Position numbers and translations under genes: made by a program
Origin: a virus
Length of the DNA: 64,000 bases
IMG/VR virus record: IMGVR_UViG_3300020438_002794
Span: 1-64,000 of that record
Direction: 5' to 3' (one strand)
Shown: positions 36,874 through 45,699 of the stretch, one piece after another
How positions within the stretch are numbered: the first letter of the stretch is position 1
Layout: each line of letters begins with the position of its first letter
Notes under the pieces: generated by a model
What the model saw: only the letters and a program-made list of their open reading frames with translations
Told to the model about the DNA's origin: nothing
Database searches by the model: none

Positions 36874-38209
36874 TGAACACAACCTCAGCCTCAGCTTTTT
36901 GCTCTTCAGTTCTTTCAAAATAATATTTGTGTTCAATGTCTCTACCATAGATAGGATAGTAAAAAATATCTTTATCTTTGGGTATTATTTTTTGCACTTT
37001 TTCAGCAAAAGGTGTATCTTCAAAACTCATACACTTAACATTAATTTGATCTTGTGGATAGTCTGCAACTAAATTGCTAACTTTTTGTAACACTTTATCT
37101 ATTGTAAACTCTACATGAAAACTAAATTCTAAGAACACACCTTTGTCTAATAGATCTCTATATTTTTTCTCACTGCCTGTTCCGTTTGTGCTTATTCTAG
37201 TTTCATATCCTTTTTTAAACGCTATGTCTACTAGGTCTGCTATCTGTGGATTGAGTGTTGGTTCTCCTCCGGTAATATAAAGTCGTCGACTGGGTTTTTT
37301 AGGAACATAAGGATCAACTAAATTTAATCCATGTGTAAACTCATCTACAGTCATATGTGGGCTTGCGTTATCATGTACACCATTTATTAACTTGCCTGTA
37401 TCATCAAAAGTTGGTCCAGGACAATATGCACAATCATAATTGCAACGTAATCCAATATGAAAATGTACTTCAGCCATTGGCATTGCCATACCTCTACCCA
37501 TTGCTACAATGTTATCATCTGTTTTTGCAACTGGTAATTCTTCTAACTGCCAATGATTAAACTGTTTATTTGTAGTAAAATATTCTAACAATTCTTCTGT
37601 TTTTGCTTTTGGTTGTAGTAAGTCAGCATCACAAAAACATGCTTTGGTTTTACACAAAGTTTCTGTATTAAGATCTAACTTGTTATAATCTTTCCAATGT
37701 CCTTCGTGACTTGCAATATGTCTCACATTTGCACAAACACCACTACAAATTTCACCAACTGGATTAATACTAAAGTTAGTTTTATATATAGGACAATGCC
37801 AGCCTCGCATGTCCATTTGACGCATTTTTAAGTCTACCATGCTTATGCGTTTGTATTCCATTTTGTCTGTTAATACATAAACTGGATTCTCTACATACAC
37901 AGGCTTTTTATAACCAATAGTGCCATCATCTCGTATTAGTATGCCGGTATTACCTGTACCAATCCATACGTTACCATTCATATTTCTTGTTACAAGTTGT
38001 TCAACAATTTGTCCATCTTCGTAACGGTTAATATTACGAGTAACTTTGCTTACAGCATAACCATGTAACTTGTCGTCTTTATACTGTCCTGCATATGTTT
38101 TGTCAACACCCAATCCGTTGCGTTTACCGTCAGTATATTCAGCAACCGAATCTTCCATCTCGCCCGGACCCGAGTAACCATTTCTAAGCATTTTTTTAGT
38201 TACTTTCAT
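36866..38209 (-). CDS. MORN-like repeats + twitch module + radical SAM core (permuted type B)
   Basis: YTDGKRNGLG, YAGQYKDDKLHGYA; GWHC..C..C..CKTKACFCDAD lies before CNYDCAYC, TGGEPT, STNG, SFHVE. Confidence 0.85.
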   Translation of the reverse strand: MKVTKKMLRNGYSGPGEMEDSVAEYTDGKRNGLGVDKTYAGQYKDDKLHGYAVSKVTRNINRYEDGQIVEQLVTRNMNGNVWIGTGNTGILIRDDGTIGYKKPVYVENPVYVLTDKMEYKRISMVDLKMRQMDMRGWHCPIYKTNFSINPVGEICSGVCANVRHIASHEGHWKDYNKLDLNTETLCKTKACFCDADLLQPKAKTEELLEYFTTNKQFNHWQLEELPVAKTDDNIVAMGRGMAMPMAEVHFHIGLRCNYDCAYCPGPTFDDTGKLINGVHDNASPHMTVDEFTHGLNLVDPYVPKKPSRRLYITGGEPTLNPQIADLVDIAFKKGYETRISTNGTGSEKKYRDLLDKGVFLEFSFHVEFTIDKVLQKVSNLVADYPQDQINVKCMSFEDTPFAEKVQKIIPKDKDIFYYPIYGRDIEHKYYFERTEEQKAEAEVVFSD

Positions 38210-38852
38210 GGTACTCGCTTCCTTGTCTGAAGAAATCATATTCTGGGTATCCAGTAACTTCTTTTAGTATAAAGTTATCCTTTTTAAAAACCAGATCAAC
38301 CTGGTGCAGGTTTCCACGTTCATAATCCATGTTTACAATATCCCACAAGTGAAAACCTATATCTTCTAGTTCTATTTTTATAAAACCAATAGTGTCTAAT
38401 TGACTTTCTACTACTATCAGATTAAATTTAGCCAGTGTCTCTAATCCGCCAACTATTACATCTAATTCATAACCATCGACGTCAATTTTACACAAACTAT
38501 GCAAAGGTGGGTCAATACCTAAACTATCCAAAGTTTTTATGTTAGACTTTATATCAAAAGTTTCGCCTTCGTGTACGCACCTTAAACTTGCTTGTGTTTG
38601 ATTAGTGTTACCAACTGCTACATTTATAAGTTCATAACTGTAGTTTTTATAGTTTTCGTATATTACATTATTATGATTTGTATCTGGTTCAACTAAAACA
38701 TAATGTGCTTTAGGAAAACTATACTGTAACCACGGAGTTCCCGAATGTACTCCAATATCCAAACAATATTCAACGTGACAACCCGACTCTTTTAAAAATT
38801 GCAAGCTATCTTTTATTCTAGGAATACGATGTCTAATCATTTCCGACCTCAT
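38196..38852 (-). CDS. FkbM-family methyltransferase
   Basis: LDIGVHSG, VEPD, AVG, TLD, KIDVDGYE, QVDLVF; start may be 38840. Confidence 0.88.
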   Translation of the reverse strand: MRSEMIRHRIPRIKDSLQFLKESGCHVEYCLDIGVHSGTPWLQYSFPKAHYVLVEPDTNHNNVIYENYKNYSYELINVAVGNTNQTQASLRCVHEGETFDIKSNIKTLDSLGIDPPLHSLCKIDVDGYELDVIVGGLETLAKFNLIVVESQLDTIGFIKIELEDIGFHLWDIVNMDYERGNLHQVDLVFKKDNFILKEVTGYPEYDFFRQGSEYHESN

Positions 38853-40284
38853 ATAATCCTAGTTCGTCAGCTTCAAAGTTTTCCGGCTTGGGAGACCATA
38901 TTCCTATTAGTGCATTTTTATATTGCCAATAGCTCTGAGGACGCATGTCCCATATTCTCCATTTACCCTTTCTTGCAAGATCCAGTTGTGGTTGATCTAA
39001 TGTTTCATGCGAGTATATGTCAGGAGTGCAACACATTTCTTCACTAACTAAAATTCCTCTTTGTGGATTCATTAGGTTCTTTACAGCATGTAATTTCTTC
39101 CATGCTGTGACTCCGTGTGTTGCATCATGTATTGCAAAATCTACCGGACCATACTTGTTCATTAACTGTTTACAAGTATTAGGTGAATAGCAATTTACAC
39201 CAAGCTCTAGTTTTACTCCTTCAATTTTACTAGCAATTTTTAAATCTTCTACTTGCTGTCTCTCTAGTGCATTTTCAGGTATACTAGTTGGTGTTAGTTT
39301 ATCAACTCCGATTATAGTTGCTTGTGGAAATAATTTTTGTAAAAACTGTAAATGTTCGCCTCTACCAATTCCAAGTTCAACAATAGTATAATTTTCATTT
39401 AATCCAAATATTTTATTTGTTCTTTTAAGATGTTTAACTATCAAATCATATACTGCACAGTATCTTCTTTGCATTCTGCGTTCAACACTTCTAGTAGTAT
39501 TGTCTACCATATCAAATGCAATGCTACTATATGTTTCAAAGTCTACCGGAGTGCCTAGTAAAAAGTTGCTCTCATAATCTCCTTGCCCTAACTGTTGAAC
39601 TTGTATTCTTCCATGGTGTCTCCCACTTAAGAAATGTCCTTTTGCAGTTCTAATCCAATCTCCGTAGTGTGTTGTATCTCTTTTTCCTTGTATAAAGTTA
39701 TATGGAGGTACATGTTTAGTTTCAGTAACAAAGTTTTTCTCTTCATGCCTAGTTACATCAAACTCTTGTTCATCTTTATAAGTTGTAGTTCTACCACCTA
39801 CTGCATTTACTATTGTGCCATCATCGAGTGTTCTACAACCTAAACCATCTATGTTGCATTCTTCTAATCCACATGGTACATCATTTAGATACCACTGTCC
39901 TTCTCTTGGTTCAGCAATCATTCCATCTACACGACCTATAAACTTTACACCTTCGTGTACTGTTTCAAGTACACCGTAGCCGCAAGGTTTGTTATTACTA
40001 AACTGTCCATAATATCTTGCACCAGTGGGCCATACATGCACACCATATCCTTGTTTTTTATCCAACAAGTATTGTCCTACATAAGTTTCACCATGATCCC
40101 ATTCTTTAGAGGCCATGCCAGTAACTTTACTGTGATCAAAATCAGCCGCACACTTGCCTGTCAATGGCAGATTATAAAATCCTAAGCCATGTTCAAACTG
40201 TGTTCCATGTCGGTCTTGCACGACTTGTCCTATGTATGTTCTAGATGGCTTATAGTAGTCCCTCATGCAAAATGTTCCTTGCAA
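38833..40284 (-). CDS. MORN-repeat protein fused to class I SAM methyltransferase
   Basis: YVGQYLLDKKQGYGVHVWPTGARYYGQFSNNKPCGYG; C-terminal VELGIGRG, IIGVD, DFAIHDATH. Confidence 0.8.
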   Translation of the reverse strand: MQGTFCMRDYYKPSRTYIGQVVQDRHGTQFEHGLGFYNLPLTGKCAADFDHSKVTGMASKEWDHGETYVGQYLLDKKQGYGVHVWPTGARYYGQFSNNKPCGYGVLETVHEGVKFIGRVDGMIAEPREGQWYLNDVPCGLEECNIDGLGCRTLDDGTIVNAVGGRTTTYKDEQEFDVTRHEEKNFVTETKHVPPYNFIQGKRDTTHYGDWIRTAKGHFLSGRHHGRIQVQQLGQGDYESNFLLGTPVDFETYSSIAFDMVDNTTRSVERRMQRRYCAVYDLIVKHLKRTNKIFGLNENYTIVELGIGRGEHLQFLQKLFPQATIIGVDKLTPTSIPENALERQQVEDLKIASKIEGVKLELGVNCYSPNTCKQLMNKYGPVDFAIHDATHGVTAWKKLHAVKNLMNPQRGILVSEEMCCTPDIYSHETLDQPQLDLARKGKWRIWDMRPQSYWQYKNALIGIWSPKPENFEADELGLYEVGND

Positions 40285-41009
40285 TAATTGTAGAACTCTA
40301 TGTCCTTTGTTGTTGTTTCTTTCACTAGTTGTTTCTCAACGTCTGTTAGTTCCTCATAATTTACATAGTCAATACCATGTTGACTTAAATTAAACTTTGT
40401 ATTATGCTCATAGCTAATACTTAGATTGGGTTTCAGATCATACTGCTTGGCTACTTTATCAAACTGTTTTAAGTAATTATCCTCCATAAAGAACATATGA
40501 TCTAGTTTTTGTATATTCTCAATAGCTTGATCATATAGTTCTTGTTCATAAACGGTATCAATTTTCCTTCCGTAATCAATACGCAAACATTGTTCATTAC
40601 TGAACTTCTGATATTGTGCATATACAGGAGTTGGATGTAATCTACTACAATTAATAATCCAAGTTGTAAAGTCAATATCAGTAATACAACTATGCACGTT
40701 AATTATTTCTAACTTGAAATAATTGTATGCACTCATGATCCGTCTGACAGGATCTCTTAGTATAGTAGCATACTTTACAGGATTTTGCAAGTGTTTATCT
40801 AAATCAAAGCTAACGCCATGTCCAATTATCAAACTAACCTTTTGATCTTTGCAATCTTCTATTAGAACTTTATACTGATTGGGTTGTCTAAAATTAAACA
40901 CTAGTTCTTGAGCAACACGTTGATAAGCAAATGTACTATTTGTTCTATATCTGTTTACTAGAGTGGTTCCTCCATTTTTAAGTATATGAAATACTGCTAG
41001 TGTTTCCAT
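40263..41009 (-). CDS. sulfotransferase (Sulfotransfer_2-like)
   Basis: FHILKNGGTT (5'-PSB), GH, LRDPVRRIMSAYNY (3'-PB). Confidence 0.85.
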   Translation of the reverse strand: METLAVFHILKNGGTTLVNRYRTNSTFAYQRVAQELVFNFRQPNQYKVLIEDCKDQKVSLIIGHGVSFDLDKHLQNPVKYATILRDPVRRIMSAYNYFKLEIINVHSCITDIDFTTWIINCSRLHPTPVYAQYQKFSNEQCLRIDYGRKIDTVYEQELYDQAIENIQKLDHMFFMEDNYLKQFDKVAKQYDLKPNLSISYEHNTKFNLSQHGIDYVNYEELTDVEKQLVKETTTKDIEFYNYCKEHFA

Positions 41010-41833
41010 TTGTCTTCACACCTTTTGAAAAATTCTATGTCTGCTTGTAAATCTAATTCAACAAGATATTTTAAGTCTTCGTCTAGTTGATGATACTTAA
41101 CATATTCTAAATTGTGTTTGCTTAAATCATGGCTTGTTTCATTTGTATAAATCATTTCTTCCCATGCATCTAAATCTAATTTATAGTGTGCTAGTAAATC
41201 GTCAAACCTTTCAACTATGTCGTCTTCTTGGAAAAACACATGATCCATTTTACTCATTACTCTTTCCCAAGTGATATTCATATTGTGTGTTTCAATTTGA
41301 TTTTTTTCTTTTATCTTCTGCTGTATTTTTGCGTTGTCAACATAGCTTGTGTCTTTTTCAACGTCCCATGTAAGCACTGTGTTTAGATACATGTCGTTCA
41401 TTGTAAACGTATTTTTTAACGTTCCGGCGTCGAACCAATCAGTGTGTTCTACATGTTGATACAAATAGTATTCGTACTGTTTTGTAACTGGCATTGGACG
41501 TAGCACATCTTTGTTTATAAACCACATATAAAAATCAATGTCAGGACTGTCTGGGTTCATATACAGCATTTGTGTACGATAAAAATTGTACATGCTCATT
41601 ATTCTACTGATAGGATCTCTCACACAAGTTATATAAACTAAGTTGTTAGAAAGTTTTTCTTCGTAGTATCCTATTTGTACACTGTGTCCAAAAACTACAC
41701 TTGCTTGTTCTGTAACTTTATCACCAAGGTCAGTAATTCTAAAACTACTGTTGGTATTTCTGTATCTTTCTTTGAGTGTTGTTCCGCCTGTTTTAGGACA
41801 ATGAGGAAAGATGATAATATTACTTTGATTCAT
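40997..41833 (-). CDS. sulfotransferase (Sulfotransfer_2-like)
   Basis: HCPKTGGTT, FGH, VRDPISRIMSMYNF. Confidence 0.87.
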   Translation of the reverse strand: MNQSNIIIFPHCPKTGGTTLKERYRNTNSSFRITDLGDKVTEQASVVFGHSVQIGYYEEKLSNNLVYITCVRDPISRIMSMYNFYRTQMLYMNPDSPDIDFYMWFINKDVLRPMPVTKQYEYYLYQHVEHTDWFDAGTLKNTFTMNDMYLNTVLTWDVEKDTSYVDNAKIQQKIKEKNQIETHNMNITWERVMSKMDHVFFQEDDIVERFDDLLAHYKLDLDAWEEMIYTNETSHDLSKHNLEYVKYHQLDEDLKYLVELDLQADIEFFKRCEDKWKH

Positions 41834-42377
41834 TGTACACTCCGGTTTGTATTTTTCTTTTACACTTTCTTAAAAAATTATAATCTATACTGTTAGCTAC
41901 TTGATAGTCTCCTCGTAGTGCAGTGTCGAGCTCATTACTTTCAAATCTAGTGTTAAAGTTCAAAAGTGGATAATCTGTTTTTAAATACTTGCTGAGTCTT
42001 TGTGAAAGAATTTCCAAAGTAAAATCATCATGATTCATAACTTGTTCTTTTGGATAAAGAGATCCTTTAGTAGGGTTCCATGTGATATAATTAATAAACC
42101 CTATAAATTTGTAATTTTTTTCTTCAATTTCTTTAGTTTCACTAGTGTGTATATCTAAACTTGTAGTAATTACATTTCTTTCTTGAAACACTAACTCTTC
42201 AAAAGTTTTACCCTTAGAATCTCCTCCACTGTCTAAAAAATCCATTGTTTGTTCTATAGCTCTATCAAACGGATCTCTGAATATTAAAATGTCAGCATTT
42301 TCTGTTACTAGCTCTAAGTTGTATATGTTTGCAATCTGTTCATGCCAGCAGTTTGGAATATAATGTAATTTATTCAT
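41820..42377 (-). CDS. degenerate sulfotransferase-like protein
   Basis: LHYIP without KTGGT; FRDPFDRAI; C-terminal NSIDY like the paralogs. Confidence 0.5.
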   Translation of the reverse strand: MNKLHYIPNCWHEQIANIYNLELVTENADILIFRDPFDRAIEQTMDFLDSGGDSKGKTFEELVFQERNVITTSLDIHTSETKEIEEKNYKFIGFINYITWNPTKGSLYPKEQVMNHDDFTLEILSQRLSKYLKTDYPLLNFNTRFESNELDTALRGDYQVANSIDYNFLRKCKRKIQTGVYNESK

Positions 42378-43411
42378 ACAGCTACCGCTTCTTTAAACTT
42401 GCTTAGTATCAAATCAGTATTGCAAAAACAACTTGTCTTTTCACATGTGTATGCATAAGCAGGCATTCTAAAAGTCCTAAGATTCTCTATATGTCCAAGC
42501 CACCTTATAGTACCATTTTCATCTTTACCTTCAGGTAAACATGCGGCTCCACTAATATATCCAAGTTCATTGACAAATAAACCATCTATACCAGCATTAC
42601 ACTTCCATCCTTTGAATTGATTTTTCTTTGAAGCATATAGTCCGTTTGTATCTAATATAGTTTCTTCTTTGTATCTGCCATCAGCCATTTTATAAACTGC
42701 TGTAGCATCAATTGGCATACTGTACTGTTCAAAACTAACATCTGGGTTACCAGTTTTTCTTTTGAATGCTAGTTTCTCATCAATCTTTGCTTGCTGTTCT
42801 TTTGTGTATACATGTGGTCTTTCTTTCTCTGTTAACCAATCAGCAACAATAGGAACTTTCTCTACAAAAAACTGTCCCATATATGGTTGTGTTTTTAGTA
42901 TTTCAAAAAACTCAATACACTTATCAAAGTATACTTGTTGTGGGTGCATCATAATACGCACTCCTAATAGTGTATAAGGCCAAAGTGTATCAATAACTTT
43001 AACACAATGTTTTAAACTTGTTTTCTCACTGTGAAAACTAAAACTTACCCAACGAAAACTTTCTTTGTGCTTTTCCCAAAATTTAAGACTTTTGCTTCCG
43101 TTTGTTGTCAATCCAATTTGTACCTTTTCTTCTACTAACCAGGTTAGGAAATCATCGAATACAGGCAATGCTGTAGGTTCACCGCCAGTAAAACTTATAA
43201 CAAGTTCTTCATCTTCATTGAGATAACTTTTAATTTTAGTTACAAATGCTTTGTATACTTCTAAGTCAAAAGCAGGACTACTACCTTCGTAATTGTAAGG
43301 GTGGCAGTATGCACAACTGAAATTACACTTGTTGGTCAAGTTCCAGTTTACATGAAAGTATTTGTTATACTTTTGTTTGATCTCAATAAGTTCTGCACTA
43401 TCCGACAGCAT
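42374..43411 (-). CDS. radical SAM protein, type B
   Basis: CNFSCAYC, TGGEPT, TTNGS, SFHSE; FKGWKCNAG..AC..CEKTSCFCNTD. Confidence 0.92.
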   Translation of the reverse strand: MLSDSAELIEIKQKYNKYFHVNWNLTNKCNFSCAYCHPYNYEGSSPAFDLEVYKAFVTKIKSYLNEDEELVISFTGGEPTALPVFDDFLTWLVEEKVQIGLTTNGSKSLKFWEKHKESFRWVSFSFHSEKTSLKHCVKVIDTLWPYTLLGVRIMMHPQQVYFDKCIEFFEILKTQPYMGQFFVEKVPIVADWLTEKERPHVYTKEQQAKIDEKLAFKRKTGNPDVSFEQYSMPIDATAVYKMADGRYKEETILDTNGLYASKKNQFKGWKCNAGIDGLFVNELGYISGAACLPEGKDENGTIRWLGHIENLRTFRMPAYAYTCEKTSCFCNTDLILSKFKEAVAV

Positions 43412-44411
43412 CTACTTTTCCCTCGGTAAGTTTATAGCCGCTAACTTGATTAAAGTCTGGATCTGGAACTATATCAAAACTTCCAACTTTTAACATTCCC
43501 CAGGTTAGCATATCAAATTTGTTACGAGTATCAGTCTTTTTAATTTTATAACCACCCCAGTAGTTGTCTAAACTATAATTTAAATGATCTACTGCTTCTT
43601 CATGTGTTCTTGGATCGCCACACCAAAACATTAGTTGACTGGTGTAACAGCAACATTGTTCTAGTAAATCAAAACTACTACTGGTCATTTTGATAGCATT
43701 GTATTTGTCATCATCATACATTTCGATCATCACGTTATCATAATCGTACCCTATTTGTGTAGGATATAAAAATATCTCGCCTGGATTTCGTTCCATACTA
43801 AAACGATCAACCCATTCATCTTCTAAATAATGAAACTGTTCACCAAACTTCAATCCAAAATTTTGTAGATTTGTTTCTTGTGTAACAGTTGTTGTTACGT
43901 CTCTTAATACTTTGAGTGAATGGAAAATATCAACCAACTTTTCAATATGTCTCGTAAGTCCTTGGTCATTTAGAACACGATAGATTAGTATACATTGTGT
44001 TTGCATAGGATTAAGTATATCCTGGTGTACTATTAGCCCCCATTGGTGATCTATTTTTCCAGCATCCATTTTATACCATTCTTGTAATGGAATAAACTTT
44101 TGCAAAGTATTATCAATCTTAGTAAATGCTTGTCCACTACTCATTACGGTGTGTCCTAGTATGTCACTCAACGGTATGTTGTCAGTTTTGTATGCATCTG
44201 CAATTTCATTCCATTCTTCTATTTTATCATTGAGAGCAGGAATGATTTCGTATAATCTTTCTAATGCTTGATGAACCAGATACACATTCCAATGTGTTAT
44301 ATATGGTTTACCGATAATATCTAACTCCAACTCAAACCAGTCTGCAAAGATATCGCATTTGATTAGTTGTTTTTCTTTTTTATCGTTTTGTAATTCAAGC
44401 TCAAACTTCAT
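43398..44411 (-). CDS. hypothetical protein
   Basis: Long ORF between radical SAM genes; ATG 44411 with GGAG SD; no family recognised. Confidence 0.75.
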   Translation of the reverse strand: MKFELELQNDKKEKQLIKCDIFADWFELELDIIGKPYITHWNVYLVHQALERLYEIIPALNDKIEEWNEIADAYKTDNIPLSDILGHTVMSSGQAFTKIDNTLQKFIPLQEWYKMDAGKIDHQWGLIVHQDILNPMQTQCILIYRVLNDQGLTRHIEKLVDIFHSLKVLRDVTTTVTQETNLQNFGLKFGEQFHYLEDEWVDRFSMERNPGEIFLYPTQIGYDYDNVMIEMYDDDKYNAIKMTSSSFDLLEQCCCYTSQLMFWCGDPRTHEEAVDHLNYSLDNYWGGYKIKKTDTRNKFDMLTWGMLKVGSFDIVPDPDFNQVSGYKLTEGKVDAVG

Positions 44412-45699
44412 ACTTGCTCCATAGTTTATAAAGCTCTGCAAAGTCAGAATTGAAGTCTGTTTTACGCATTGTATCTATACTGCGAATATATTTGTTGAGG
44501 GCGGGCCACTTGTCGCTCCAATCCTCGCTATTCATAAAGTTTGTCATATTCTTTAATTCTTGCACTTTATTCTTTTCTGGGTATTTCAGCATGAAGTTAT
44601 CAATTTTTTCTGTTATAATTTGTTTCATTTCCTTAGGTAATACTTTAGCACACATGTACTGTGGATAGTGTAACACGCCAGGATGAAACATTCCTTGGTG
44701 ATCATGTATTCCAATTTTTTTATAGTTTTGATCAAACAAAAACTGTGCAAAGTCTGGCAAATACCAAATGTTTAATGCACTTACAGTACACAATACTTTA
44801 CCAACAATATGGTCAGCCGCGTTTTCTACTTTGTCCAGTGTTTCGTGTACAGTTTTCCAATTAGTTGGATAGCGTAACCATTTGTTCATTTCGCCTATGC
44901 CATCTATACTAAGCATAAGTTCTACAAACTTAAAGTGACCCCAAAGTTCTAATATATCATCTGGCATAATAGTACCATTGGTATGATAGCGTAGTTCTAT
45001 ATGTTCAGCATGTCCACTTTCGACACATTTCTTTAAGAAACGTCTGTGGTTCTTTAAATATAAAGGCTCGCCGCCTGCAAATATAAAGTGACGCATTCCG
45101 GCTAACAATGGATCTATCTCTTGTTCCCAAAACTCATCATCAGCGGCCCAGTCATATTTGTTGTTGCAATGGTCTTGTATTTTCCAATCCCAGTCACCTT
45201 TTACTTCAGGATTGTCGTGACTTAGATCTCTAATCTTTTCTGCATCTTTGACCCATTTACTAGAGTCAGTTGGTCTACACATAACACATTGTACATTACA
45301 AGTATTACCTAACCGTAAATCTAATGTAATAACATCTTGATCCAAACTGCCATCTTCGTTAGTGCTGGCTATTAGTTCGTCAACATATTCTCTTGTTAAT
45401 TTCTTTACCCATAGATTGTTTTCATTCATTCTATGACTACGAATACCTGCCGCTTCTTCTTTCCAGCAATGCATACATGCTTTTAGTGCTTTGCCGTTGA
45501 GCATATCTTTTCTAGCATTTTTCCAATAGTAACTGTTCCATACTGCATTTATATCAGCATTGTTTAAGTTAATACGTTGGTCTTGTGTAGGCTGAGCTAG
45601 ACAGCAAAGCAAAGCTGTGCCGTCTGTATAAGTTGCCATGTGCATCCATGGAAGAATACAAAATTTCTTTCCATAGTCTTCCAAAAAATCTTGTGCCAT
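44401..45699 (-). CDS. radical SAM protein, type A
   Basis: CILPW..LCC..CMHC; LDLRLGNTCNVQCVMC; AGGEPL; HTNG; SIDG. Confidence 0.93.
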   Translation of the reverse strand: MAQDFLEDYGKKFCILPWMHMATYTDGTALLCCLAQPTQDQRINLNNADINAVWNSYYWKNARKDMLNGKALKACMHCWKEEAAGIRSHRMNENNLWVKKLTREYVDELIASTNEDGSLDQDVITLDLRLGNTCNVQCVMCRPTDSSKWVKDAEKIRDLSHDNPEVKGDWDWKIQDHCNNKYDWAADDEFWEQEIDPLLAGMRHFIFAGGEPLYLKNHRRFLKKCVESGHAEHIELRYHTNGTIMPDDILELWGHFKFVELMLSIDGIGEMNKWLRYPTNWKTVHETLDKVENAADHIVGKVLCTVSALNIWYLPDFAQFLFDQNYKKIGIHDHQGMFHPGVLHYPQYMCAKVLPKEMKQIITEKIDNFMLKYPEKNKVQELKNMTNFMNSEDWSDKWPALNKYIRSIDTMRKTDFNSDFAELYKLWSKYEV

